Part shown: positions 35,210 through 43,917 of the stretch, piece after piece
Numbering within the stretch: position 1 is the stretch's first letter
How the letters are laid out: the number at the start of each line of letters is the position of its first letter
Source: Candidatus Moranbacteria bacterium RIFOXYB1_FULL_43_19
GTDB lineage: Bacteria; Patescibacteriota; Minisyncoccia; Moranbacterales; UBA11712
Direction of reading: 5' to 3'
DNA: 64,000 bases
NCBI GenBank assembly: GCA_001784875.1
Contig: MFSH01000002.1
Span: 1,220 to 65,219, forward strand
The notes under the pieces: model-generated
The model's database searches: none
Seen by the model: only the letters and a program-made list of their open reading frames with translations
What the model was told of the DNA's origin: nothing
Program-made: the position numbers and the translations under genes

Positions 35210-37000
35210 TTATTTCTTTCTATTCGTATATTTCGTATGCAGCAGTTCCTCCGCTTTTTCGGATCCGGGATGGCCGAGAAATTCTTTATAGATTTTCTTT
35301 AATACTGGGTTTTCGTGGGATTTCCTGATCGGCATCCCTTTATCACGCGCCATGACACCCGCGATGCGTGCTTTGCGAACGGCCGGACCGGTTGGCACCG
35401 GCTGCCCTCCGCCCCCGATGCATCCGTTCGGACAAGCCATCACTTCGACGAAATGATAGTCGCTTTTCCCCTTTTCGATTTCCTCCAAAAGATTCTTTGC
35501 ATTCCGTATTTCATGCACCACCGCCACCCGAAGTTTCATGCCGTCAACGTCAATTTCCGCGCAGCGCGCCCCCGATTCGCCCCGCACCATTTCAAATTCC
35601 ACTTTTCCAAGTTCTGCCCCAGTGATTTTTTCCACCGCCGTCCGGAGAGCCGCTTCCATCACTCCTCCGCTTTGGGCAAAAAGCATTCCTGCTCCGGTCG
35701 AAATTCCCAGTGCCGGGTCGAATTTCCTTTCTTTCAGCTTTTTCGGGTCGATCTTCTTTTTTCGGAGAAGCCTTGCCAGCTCCCGAATAGTGAGCACTAT
35801 ATCCACATCCTGGTGCCCACTTGCATTTATTTCTTCTCTCTGCGCTTCATATTTTTTTGAAGTGCAGGGCATGATCGAGACTGAAACGATCTGCTCCGGA
35901 TTTATTTTTTCCTTTTGAGTCCAGTAGGTTTTCACGAGCGGCGCGAGCATCTGTTGGGGCGATTTGCAAGTTGAAAGATTGGGAATGAATTCGGGATAAT
36001 ATTTTTCAACATATAAAACCCAAGACGGACAACAACTGGTGAACATCGGGAACGGCCCCCTGTTCTTGATGCGCCTGATGAGCTCATGGGCTTCTTCGAT
36101 GATCGTGAGATCCGCTCCAAGAACTGTGTCAAAAACTTTGTCGCACCCGATCTCCTTGAGAGCCGCGACCAGTTTCCCCTCCCAAAAAGTGCCGGGGGCC
36201 TCTCCAAATTCTTCGCCGATTGTGAAACGAACCGAGGGAGCCGTCTGGACAACGACCATTTTTTGGGGATCTTTGAGGGCTTTTTCAAATTTTTCGATAT
36301 CGTCTTTTTCGGTGATTGCCGCTGTCGGACAAACTGCGCTGCACTGTCCGCAGAAAATGCAGTCAAGCGGAATTTCAAAAGGTGTACCGACATTCGTTTT
36401 TGAACTGCGATAATTCATCCCATAGGCTTCGACTGTTTGCATATCTCGACAAATCCGGATGCAGCGCCGGCATTCGATGCAGTATTCGCTATCCCGCGCA
36501 ATGCACGGATTTTTTTCGTCTATCGCCACATGCGACCAGTTGTCTTTGAGTAAATCCAGCTCATTTTCGCTTCTTAGCTCTTTTCGTCGCGGCACAAATT
36601 TGAATTCATCGACTTTATACTCTTCCGCCAGATTCTGAAGCTCGCATCGCCCGTTTCTTTTGCAGGACGCGCATTTTCCGGCGTGATCCGCCCAAAGAAG
36701 CTCGAGATTCACTTTCCGCGCCCTTTTCACATCTGCTGTTTCTGTTTTGATTTCCATCCCCTTGCATACTTTTTGGGTGCAGGAAGATACCAAGCTTTTC
36801 GATTGGTTTGTTTCTACAAGGCACATCCGGCAAGCGCCTTCGCTCGGCAGCAAATCCGGGTGGGCACAAAGAGTGGGAATGCGAATTCCATTTCTTTTGC
36901 AAACAGAAAGAATCGGTTCGCCTTCGTCAGCCTGATATGATTTATTGTTGATTTTTATCTGCATGCCTTTTTTATAAATAATTCTAGTCTTTGGTAACAA
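35210..37000 (-). CDS. hydA: [FeFe]-hydrogenase catalytic subunit (HydA-like; 2Fe-2S + 4Fe-4S ferredoxin domains + H-cluster)
   Basis: 596 aa. The N-terminal 2Fe-2S fold has C...C..C. The H-cluster motifs are present: TSCCPSW (L1), MPCTSKKYE (L2) and EVMACPNGCIGGGGQP (L3). Confidence 0.85.
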   Translation of the reverse strand: MLPKTRIIYKKGMQIKINNKSYQADEGEPILSVCKRNGIRIPTLCAHPDLLPSEGACRMCLVETNQSKSLVSSCTQKVCKGMEIKTETADVKRARKVNLELLWADHAGKCASCKRNGRCELQNLAEEYKVDEFKFVPRRKELRSENELDLLKDNWSHVAIDEKNPCIARDSEYCIECRRCIRICRDMQTVEAYGMNYRSSKTNVGTPFEIPLDCIFCGQCSAVCPTAAITEKDDIEKFEKALKDPQKMVVVQTAPSVRFTIGEEFGEAPGTFWEGKLVAALKEIGCDKVFDTVLGADLTIIEEAHELIRRIKNRGPFPMFTSCCPSWVLYVEKYYPEFIPNLSTCKSPQQMLAPLVKTYWTQKEKINPEQIVSVSIMPCTSKKYEAQREEINASGHQDVDIVLTIRELARLLRKKKIDPKKLKERKFDPALGISTGAGMLFAQSGGVMEAALRTAVEKITGAELGKVEFEMVRGESGARCAEIDVDGMKLRVAVVHEIRNAKNLLEEIEKGKSDYHFVEVMACPNGCIGGGGQPVPTGPAVRKARIAGVMARDKGMPIRKSHENPVLKKIYKEFLGHPGSEKAEELLHTKYTNRKK

Positions 37001-37124
37001 GGTTATTGGCAGTGAGTCTGGTCATTGGTTATGAGTCATCGGATTTTTTTAATAACCAAAGACTAAAGACCTGTCCCACAGCTAATGACTTTGTTACTAA
37101 TGACCCATTCTTGATTCGTAGAGA
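36972..37124. repeat. Intergenic ~130-bp repeat family, copy 1 (between hydA and hydB)
   Basis: GTCTTTGGTAACAAGGTTATTGGCAGTGAGTCTGGTCATTGGTTATGAGTCAT...AAGACCTGTCCCACAGCTAATGAC.... It is homologous to the copies at 38352, 41700, 52025 and 62245. Confidence 0.7.
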
Positions 37125-38351
37125 TCACCCGAATATTTCTTTTCCAAACATCTTCATCGCATCGCTCCATGCAATCGCCGCGAAATTTCCCAGTGGACAG
37201 AAAGTCGTATTGGATAAAGTCCACAAAATATCTTCAATATTTTCTTTATCCCGCTTGAGAATTTCATTTTTTTTGATCCGTTTGGCAATTTCCCAAAGAC
37301 GGTAGGTTCCCTCCCGACACGGTACGCATTTTCCGCATGACTCCCGATGAAAAAAATCCGCCCAGGAGAAAAGCAAATTTTTGAGGTCAGTGCTCTTGTC
37401 AGCCACAAATATTGATCCGCACCCGAGATTATATTCGCCGGCGCCATACGCCAAAGGCTGATCAAGTTTTCCAGCCGTTACCAGTCGCCCCGACGCTCCT
37501 CCGATTTGAGCAAACAAAAAATCTTTTCCGCTCGCCATTCCCCCGCCGTATAAAGAGTTGTATATCAGTTCCTGGGCCGTAGTCCCGAGAGGAGCTTCGA
37601 AAATTCCTTGCTTTTTCACTGCTCCTTCAAGAACAAAGAGTTTTGTTCCCGGTGAACCGCTCACGCCTATTTGTGAATAGGTTTTAGCTCCCCGCTTTAT
37701 AATAAAGGGAACATTCGCCAGAGTTTCCGCGTTGTTCACGATCGTAGGTTTTCCAAAAAGTCCCGCTACCGGCGGATAAGGGGGTTTCAAGCGCGGCTCA
37801 CCCCGATTTCCCTCAACGCTGTTTATGAGAGCTGTCTCTTCGCCGCAGATATAAGCCCCGGCTCCCTGAAAAATATCCACCTCAATATCAATAGCGCTTC
37901 CCAACATAGAGCGTCCGATAAATTCTTTTCCCCGGGCCTGCTCAAGCGCGATTTCCAGGATTTCGTTTTGTTTTCGATAGTATCCGTTTATATAAATAAA
38001 GGCTTTTTTCGCCCCAATGGCTGTCGCGCCGATGAGAAGCCCTTCAATGATCTGGTGCGGATTTTTTTCAGCAATTGTCCGGTCCTTATACACTCCCGGC
38101 TCCGACTCGTCAAGATTGCAAATGAAATATTTTTCTTTGGCTGGAGTTTTTGCCGCCAAATCCCATTTATCGCCCGTTGGAAAACCGGCCCCGCCTCGGC
38201 CACGAAGACCGGATTTTTTCACTTCCTCAATTATTTTTTCCGGCGTCATTTCCCGAATGGCTTTGCGCAAAGATTCGTAACCGCCGGTTTTTATATAGCT
38301 GTCGATTCTGAGCGGATCTATTTTATTCCAGTTTTTTGTTAGTATTTGCAT
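37125..38351 (-). CDS. hydB: NADH-binding flavoprotein subunit of bifurcating hydrogenase (NuoF/HndC/HydB-like)
   Basis: 408 aa. It has the NuoF FMN/NADH region GLRGRGGAGFPTG and the 4Fe-4S motif ESCGKCVPCREG. Confidence 0.8.
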   Translation of the reverse strand: MQILTKNWNKIDPLRIDSYIKTGGYESLRKAIREMTPEKIIEEVKKSGLRGRGGAGFPTGDKWDLAAKTPAKEKYFICNLDESEPGVYKDRTIAEKNPHQIIEGLLIGATAIGAKKAFIYINGYYRKQNEILEIALEQARGKEFIGRSMLGSAIDIEVDIFQGAGAYICGEETALINSVEGNRGEPRLKPPYPPVAGLFGKPTIVNNAETLANVPFIIKRGAKTYSQIGVSGSPGTKLFVLEGAVKKQGIFEAPLGTTAQELIYNSLYGGGMASGKDFLFAQIGGASGRLVTAGKLDQPLAYGAGEYNLGCGSIFVADKSTDLKNLLFSWADFFHRESCGKCVPCREGTYRLWEIAKRIKKNEILKRDKENIEDILWTLSNTTFCPLGNFAAIAWSDAMKMFGKEIFG

Positions 38352-38479
38352 TTATAATATTTCATTGGTTACATTAGGCATAGGCTGTAAGACAAGTCAT
38401 TAGTCACTGGTTATTAGAAAGATACTATTGACTAAAGACCAACAACCAAACCCACTGCCAATAACCTTGTTACCAAAGA
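38352..38479. repeat. Intergenic repeat family, copy 2 (inverted relative to copy 1; between hydB and hydC)
   Basis: It ends ...CCCACTGCCAATAACCTTGTTACCAAAGAC, the reverse complement of the start of copy 1. Confidence 0.7.
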
Positions 38480-38920
38480 CTATAAGTAACTTTGTATGAT
38501 ATCATCCACCATCTCCGGTTTCACTCGCTCAAAAATCTGTCCTTCCACTTCAACCACCGGTCCCCGGTCGCAAAGCCCCAGGCAGCTTATGTATTCCAAT
38601 TTATATTTCGGGTGAGCGTCATTTCCAGCCTCAAGACCAAGAAGCATTTCAATTTGACGGGCTACTTTGGCTGAATCTTTCGAGAGACATGGCCCCCCGG
38701 AGCAGATTCTGATATTTTTTTTGGTTTCTTTTTTGGTCCGGATTTCATTGAAAAAACTGGCGAAGCTGTATATTCGCGCCAGAGGCAACGAGAAATAGTC
38801 GGCAATTTTTTCACATTCTTTTTCCCCGATGTATTTGTTTTCTTTTTGAGCGGCTTTGAGCGCCCGGAGCAAATTTTCCGGCTTTGGCTCAATTTGGACA
38901 AGAATCTTTTGAAGAGACAT
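38480..38920 (-). CDS. hydC: NuoE-like thioredoxin-fold 2Fe-2S subunit (HndA/HydC-like)
   Basis: 146 aa with the cysteine pattern CSGGPC...CLGLCDRGP. Confidence 0.75.
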   Translation of the reverse strand: MSLQKILVQIEPKPENLLRALKAAQKENKYIGEKECEKIADYFSLPLARIYSFASFFNEIRTKKETKKNIRICSGGPCLSKDSAKVARQIEMLLGLEAGNDAHPKYKLEYISCLGLCDRGPVVEVEGQIFERVKPEMVDDIIQSYL

Positions 38921-39090
38921 ACATGTATTTTAACATAATTGCGGAAAAGGGAGAAGTTTTGTAAAATAAACTTGAAGAATTGTGAATTTGGAATTTTGAA
39001 TTGAGAACGGGAATCTAGAACGAGAAATTCAAAATTCAATATTCCCATTTATAATTCTCAATTCACAGTTCTAAATTCTAATTTAAAAAT

Positions 39091-39636
39091 ATGATCGAAA
39101 ACAACAACACGGAGACAATTGCGACAACTTTTCCTGTCGCAACTTACCAAACCAAAGACCTCGCCTGGACGCTTATTATGATTCTTGCCGCCGTCGTTCT
39201 TCCTGCCCTTCTGGCCCATACGCCGCAAAACCAGTGGGTCACGGGCACAATCGTGAACGCCCTGCTATTTTTAGCCGTTTGGCGCGTGGGATTCGTAAAC
39301 GCAGCTTTCGTCGCCACTCTGCCGTCGTCAATCGCTCTCATGCGCGGTCTGCTCCCCGCGCCGATGGCGGTATTGATTCCGTTTATCATCTTGTCTAATA
39401 TAATTCTCGTCGCCGCTTTTTACACCTTGAAAAAATACCCGCTTGCGGGTATTGTCTCGGCATCTTTTCTAAAATTCTTTTTTCTTTTTGCGATTACTTC
39501 TTATCTCATAAAAGTCGCTTCGCCCCTTCTTGTCATGATGCACTGGCCGCAGCTTTTCACAGCTCTCGCCGGCGGATTGATTGCAATTGGAATCGTCAAA
39601 ATAACCAATTCACTTGTTCCTAAAGTCCGACTTTAG
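39091..39636 (+). CDS. Integral membrane protein (hypothetical; possibly an ECF-type S component)
   Basis: 181 aa with about 5 transmembrane helices. The last 7 codons are encoded by a REP palindrome. Confidence 0.4.
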   Translation: MIENNNTETIATTFPVATYQTKDLAWTLIMILAAVVLPALLAHTPQNQWVTGTIVNALLFLAVWRVGFVNAAFVATLPSSIALMRGLLPAPMAVLIPFIILSNIILVAAFYTLKKYPLAGIVSASFLKFFFLFAITSYLIKVASPLLVMMHWPQLFTALAGGLIAIGIVKITNSLVPKVRL

Positions 39637-39639
39637 GAA
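39617..39639. repeat. REP-like 23-bp palindrome, copy a (TTCCTAAAGTCCGACTTTAGGAA)
   Basis: Perfect 10-bp arms. It is one of five copies clustered around the RAYT gene. Confidence 0.75.
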
Positions 39640-39644
39640 TAGCT

Positions 39645-40310
39645 TTACTCAAAAACCATATCCTTGTCTTGTTTTCTCATTTGAAAGTCGGCAATATTTT
39701 CTGCCGCGTATTCTTCTAGTTCCTTGGGATTTCTAAAATCTCCTCTAAATTCTTCATCTCTTGCTAAAGTATCTCTGCTTTTTCCAATGTGATGCGAAAA
39801 ACTGCACCAGGAATAACTTTTCGCCGCACAAACTTTATGCACTTCACTATTGCAACTCACGTAAACTGAAAATCTCGAAAGTGAACCCTCATTTTTTATC
39901 TGCGAAGATTTGAATTTACCCTGAAATAAGGCGCCGTTTCGCTTATTCTTCTCGTTGAAATATTTCGTATAACTTGTGCCTAGTTTTTGCAAAAATTTTT
40001 CAATTCCTTTTTCGACTTTTTGCTTCAAAATCATATGATAGTGATTTGACATAAGGCAATAGCTGACAATATCCACAAGATATTCTCTTTTCCTAAAGTT
40101 CGACTTTAGGAAGTGATTGAGGTTGGCATTTTTGACGCATTTCTTGTAGTCGCGCCACTTTATCATCGCTCCGTCTTCCATATCATTCAGAAGATTCATC
40201 GAGATAAGAAACCGAGAAAAATCTCTGTCATCCAAAAAAACATTTCGCTTGTCCACGCCGCGATTATAGATGTGATAGTATTCATTTTCTACGAGAGGCG
40301 TTTTTCTCAT
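39645..40310 (-). CDS. IS200/IS605-family HuH tyrosine transposase, REP-associated (RAYT-like)
   Basis: 221 aa. It has the HuH motif MSNHYHMIL and downstream tyrosines (GTSYTKYF / FSVYVSCN). The N-terminal YYHIYNRG resembles RAYT N-termini. It is surrounded by REP palindromes. Confidence 0.7.
   Translation of the reverse strand: MRKTPLVENEYYHIYNRGVDKRNVFLDDRDFSRFLISMNLLNDMEDGAMIKWRDYKKCVKNANLNHFLKSNFRKREYLVDIVSYCLMSNHYHMILKQKVEKGIEKFLQKLGTSYTKYFNEKNKRNGALFQGKFKSSQIKNEGSLSRFSVYVSCNSEVHKVCAAKSYSWCSFSHHIGKSRDTLARDEEFRGDFRNPKELEEYAAENIADFQMRKQDKDMVFE
40089..40111. repeat. REP-like palindrome, copy b (inside the RAYT coding sequence)
   Basis: TTCCTAAAGTTCGACTTTAGGAA, in frame, encodes FLKSNFRK of the RAYT. 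Confidence 0.7.
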
Positions 40311-40325
40311 CGTATTTCATCTCTC

Positions 40326-40346
40326 TCCTAAAGTTCGACTTTAGGA
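40326..40346. repeat. REP-like palindrome, copy c (slightly degenerate)
   Basis: TCCTAAAGTTCGACTTTAGGA, immediately upstream of the RAYT start. Confidence 0.65.
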
Positions 40347-40402
40347 TAACAGATTTTTTGAGATTATACAAAAAACGAGCTGAAAATGCCCGTTTTTCTC
40401 TA

Positions 40403-40425
40403 TTCCTAAAGTCGAACTTTAGGAA
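40403..40425. repeat. REP-like palindrome, copy d
   Basis: TTCCTAAAGTCGAACTTTAGGAA. Confidence 0.75.
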
Positions 40426-40445
40426 GGGTTAACTTTAGCAAAACT

Positions 40446-41195
40446 CTATTTCGAGCACAAATACGCTTTGCCAAGAGCGGCTTTGTATGGAAATACACTT
40501 CCGCAACTGCTTCCGGGAGAATAAAAAAAAGTGCCAGTTCCGCCAATGCCATTAATGTTGCATCCAGAATATCCACACCAATCAGACGTAGAACCATAAC
40601 AAACCCCCCACTCACCCAAGTCTTTTGCCACATTAAATCCGCTGTCACAGAGCCCCTGTGTCCCTATAACAACAGAAGCGGGACATACAGGAGTTGCCAT
40701 TTTAGCATCGTACAAACAAGTGGCTGTATATGAAAAACTTCCTCCCGCCGCCACCGCCGCTTCGATGGCGCGCTGGGTGGGATCCCCGGTGGTTTGGGTT
40801 CCGACAGCGCGGACGGCTTTGACGGTTGAGATATCTGCGTCAGCGATGATAACTTTCCCATTTTCATCGAGAAGATAAAGATCACAGCCAAATCCCGTGG
40901 GACAAGGTATTTTTCCTCCCGCAGTAAAGTCATCGAAAACACTGATAATTGTGGTTCCAGTCGCGTTAGCTATCTTGTTGAGCGCCCATTCTACTCCGGA
41001 GTCGGCTTTGAAGAAGGAGCTGACGGAGCTTTTGGTTTTGGAGCTCATTTGCTGTTCCATGACCGTCACATAGGAAAGGCTCACTACCATGGAAAGAACT
41101 ACGAAAAGGAGAATGGTGGTGAGAAGGAGGGCGGAACCTTTGCCTACTGGCGGGCAAGCTTTTTTTGATTGTTGACGCTTTGTTTTGGTTTTCAT
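40446..41195 (-). CDS. Cys-rich secreted/membrane-anchored hypothetical protein
   Basis: 249 aa. It has an N-terminal transmembrane/signal anchor and many Cys and Gly residues. It is flanked on both sides by REP copies d and e. Confidence 0.4.
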   Translation of the reverse strand: MKTKTKRQQSKKACPPVGKGSALLLTTILLFVVLSMVVSLSYVTVMEQQMSSKTKSSVSSFFKADSGVEWALNKIANATGTTIISVFDDFTAGGKIPCPTGFGCDLYLLDENGKVIIADADISTVKAVRAVGTQTTGDPTQRAIEAAVAAGGSFSYTATCLYDAKMATPVCPASVVIGTQGLCDSGFNVAKDLGEWGVCYGSTSDWCGYSGCNINGIGGTGTFFYSPGSSCGSVFPYKAALGKAYLCSK

Positions 41196-41290
41196 TGGTT
41201 TTTTTTGTGAAGAATTACTTTTATACCTTCAGAATACCCCCCCCCCGACGCTTGGTGTCAAATCGAAAAATGCGGATAAACGTGGTATCA

Positions 41291-41313
41291 TTCCTAAAGT
41301 TCGACTTTAGGAA
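41291..41313. repeat. REP-like palindrome, copy e
   Basis: TTCCTAAAGTTCGACTTTAGGAA. Confidence 0.75.
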
Positions 41314-41369
41314 TAAAAAAAACAGCCTCGACGTGACGTCGGAGCTGTTTTTTATATAGAATATCAATA

Positions 41370-41675
41370 TTATATCTTCGTAATTTCCACTTCGGTGAAC
41401 ATCTGGCGATGCCCGAATTTAACCTTATACCTTTTTTTTGCCTTATATTTGATTCCCCAAACTTTTTTGGCTTTTGCCTGCTTCAAAATTTTCCCTTCAA
41501 CAACCGCGCCTTTCAAGAAAGGATTTCCGACTTTGACGGACTTTTCGTCGCCCAAAAACAAAACTTCGGAAAATTTCGCCGCGCTTCCCTCTTTCCCCTC
41601 GATTTTTTCAATTTTTATCTTATCGCCCTTTTTGACAAGATACTGCTTTCCGCCAGTCTTTATTACAGCTAACAT
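41370..41675 (-). CDS. rplU: 50S ribosomal protein L21
   Basis: 101 aa. MLAVIKTGGKQYLVKKGDKIKIEK is the classic L21 start. Confidence 0.85.
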   Translation of the reverse strand: MLAVIKTGGKQYLVKKGDKIKIEKIEGKEGSAAKFSEVLFLGDEKSVKVGNPFLKGAVVEGKILKQAKAKKVWGIKYKAKKRYKVKFGHRQMFTEVEITKI

Positions 41676-41699
41676 AATATTTCTTTCTTAAAATCACTT

Positions 41700-41861
41700 A
41701 TACAGACTATAGAAATTCCGGTGCAATGTCAAGGTTATTTGCTGTGAGTTACAAAGCTGTGGGCAATGGGACTGGTTGTGAGTCATAAGTTGTGGGACTC
41801 TTGTCCCAACGACCCACTGCTAATGACCTGACCCACAACTCACTGCCTTGTTACCAATAAC
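41700..41861. repeat. Intergenic repeat family, copy 3 (divergent)
   Basis: ...AAAGCTGTGGGCAATGGGACTGGTTGTGAGTCATAAGTTGTGGG...CACTGCCTTGTTACCAATAACC. Confidence 0.6.
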
Positions 41862-43097
41862 CTATTCTAAAACCGCCTTCAACTCTATTTCTTGCCCATC
41901 CCGCATGACTTTCAGGCTGATTTCCTCCCCCGGCTTATGCTTTGAGACAAGGCGCGCCAGATTATTTTCCGCGTTCACTTCTTCTCCGTTCACGGACAGA
42001 ATCACATCCTGAATTTTGAGCCCCGCCTTTTCGGCCGCGCTTCCCGCGATGATCGCCAAACCTTGCTGTCCGCTGGGAGAATATACCAGAGCTCCCCGGT
42101 CTGGACTGCCGAAAAGAGCGGCTGACTCGCTAGTTAGGGAAAAATAATAGGCCCCCAGAGTTCCCCTTTTCACCGATCCGCTTGAAATATAATGGTTCAT
42201 AAGCTCCTGGATCAAGTCTGAAGAAACAATGAAATATTGTTTTTGGCCGGATATTTTTCGAACACCCAGAATTCCAATCACGCTCCCGCTATAATTGGAC
42301 ACTGCTCCGCCGACCACTTTATCGTCTCCCTCTTCATTCATGTCAAAATCGGCAATATAAACACCTTGCAGCTTGTCCGAGAGCGGCAGTGCACCCGCCA
42401 GCGAAAAATCAGAATCATATTGGCTCACGAGGCCGGCTTTATAAATAGCCTGGAAATTGTTTCCGCTTCTCCCGATAGCAACGGCTTTCATTCCAACTTT
42501 CATGTCTTCGGATGCGATAAAGGAAGCCACCGGAAGACTGGGAGCGCCGTCAATCTTGAGAAGGACAAGATTTGTGAAACTGTCTATCGCCACCAGCCGG
42601 GCGTCAAAGAACTTGTCTTTTTGGATAAAGATACGATATTTCGACTTTTCATCTAAAATAGCTTCCCTGTGGGCGAGAATCAGCCCGTCAGCGGTGATAA
42701 CCAGTCCGCTCCCGTATTTCACAAAATCCGCGTCTTTCATTTTTCCCGGATCTTTACTTTCGTCTTTCAGGGATAAAATCTCAACCACGCTCGAAGCCGA
42801 CTCGTTTGAATATCGTGAAATTGTCTGGTCCTCGGAAACTGTCACTTGCTCGGTTTTGTTCACCACGACAATGTCTTGGGTGGCTTTTTTGAAAAAATCG
42901 TATTTTCCCGCCCATTTCACAGTCGCAAGATACGGAAATATATAGCGGTCAATGACAATCAAGCTGGCTCCGGAAAGAAAAAATACAAGCAAAACAAAAA
43001 AAACGATCCTCACAATTTTTCGGATCCAGTTTTTCCTTATTCTGTTTTTTCCTTCTTTTCCAGTCATGAAGTTAAACAGCCGGATACCATTTCGCAC
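41862..43097 (-). CDS. Trypsin-like (S1C/HtrA-like) serine protease with a C-terminal PDZ domain, membrane-anchored
   Basis: 411 aa with an N-terminal transmembrane segment and a protease core. The PDZ sequence is GLAIIAGSAAEKAGLKIQDVILSVNGEEV. The GNSGG box is divergent (SNYSGS). Confidence 0.6.
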   Translation of the reverse strand: MRNGIRLFNFMTGKEGKNRIRKNWIRKIVRIVFFVLLVFFLSGASLIVIDRYIFPYLATVKWAGKYDFFKKATQDIVVVNKTEQVTVSEDQTISRYSNESASSVVEILSLKDESKDPGKMKDADFVKYGSGLVITADGLILAHREAILDEKSKYRIFIQKDKFFDARLVAIDSFTNLVLLKIDGAPSLPVASFIASEDMKVGMKAVAIGRSGNNFQAIYKAGLVSQYDSDFSLAGALPLSDKLQGVYIADFDMNEEGDDKVVGGAVSNYSGSVIGILGVRKISGQKQYFIVSSDLIQELMNHYISSGSVKRGTLGAYYFSLTSESAALFGSPDRGALVYSPSGQQGLAIIAGSAAEKAGLKIQDVILSVNGEEVNAENNLARLVSKHKPGEEISLKVMRDGQEIELKAVLE

Positions 43098-43878
43098 TGA
43101 GAAGAATGAGCGAAGCTGTTCCGGCCAGAAACAGTATGTTGAAAGCCAGCCTTTTTGCCGTCATTTTGTCCAAGAAATAATTCCGGATAATTTCCCATCC
43201 AGAATAAAAGATTATAAGGGCAGCCACGCCGGTTGTCAAGTATCCAAAAGGCCAGGAACTTTGAAACCAGATTGAAACCGCTATCAGGTAGGAAAGAAAA
43301 ACCCCATAGAAAACACGTTGGCTGCGGTTCATCTTGAGTTCATTGACGATAAACAAGGCGTAAGCAATGGGAAAAGTGATAATCGCGAAAAGAATCATGA
43401 TTATCCAGGCTGGTGAGGCAATATTGAGATACCAGCCATAACCGGCCGTAAACCAGCAAAAAAGGGCGGAGAGTGCCGCCAGATTGGACATCGCCTTGGC
43501 GGTCAGATCTTTTTCATATTTTCCGAGCCGATACGCGCCGAGAACCGCCAGATAGAAAACTCCGGCCGAAAGAACCAGGAAGGCTTTGGCCTGGGAGGGT
43601 GAATCAATAAGCGGCAAAAGAAGGACAGAGCCGACAAAAAGAAAAGCGAGAATAATGAAGTGGAAATATTTTCGGGAAATCCACTTTATGGAAATAAGAA
43701 GAACCAAAAGAAAAATTATCCCATTCCAGAGAAAATTGGCCGGATAGCTAAAGGCCATCCAGAGCGCCCCGAAATACAAAAGGGTGAGAAACAAAATACT
43801 AAACTCCCAAAGCAAAGTCGTAATGTGTAATATATAATCTGTAATTGGGATAGGATTACAAAAAGTCCTAATTACCAA
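43072..43878 (-). CDS. Polytopic membrane protein (hypothetical)
   Basis: 268 aa with about 8 transmembrane helices. It overlaps the protease gene start by 26 nt. Confidence 0.4.
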   Translation of the reverse strand: MVIRTFCNPIPITDYILHITTLLWEFSILFLTLLYFGALWMAFSYPANFLWNGIIFLLVLLISIKWISRKYFHFIILAFLFVGSVLLLPLIDSPSQAKAFLVLSAGVFYLAVLGAYRLGKYEKDLTAKAMSNLAALSALFCWFTAGYGWYLNIASPAWIIMILFAIITFPIAYALFIVNELKMNRSQRVFYGVFLSYLIAVSIWFQSSWPFGYLTTGVAALIIFYSGWEIIRNYFLDKMTAKRLAFNILFLAGTASLILLSAKWYPAV

Positions 43879-43917
43879 TTACTAATTACCAATTACTTTA
43901 TATTTACAATTTACAAT

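Noticed and set aside
38940-39090. Rex operator upstream of hydABC
   Set aside because: TTGTGAA and TTCACA half-sites are present but about 80 bp apart, not the 6-nt spacing of a Rex box. No rex gene is in the window. I kept it only as a generic inverted repeat.
39617-41313. Possible CRISPR array, suggested by repeated 23-bp palindromes
   Set aside because: Spacing is irregular (about 450, 240, 80, 890 bp). Several copies lie inside ORFs. There are no cas genes. A HuH transposase is adjacent. This fits REP/RAYT, not CRISPR.
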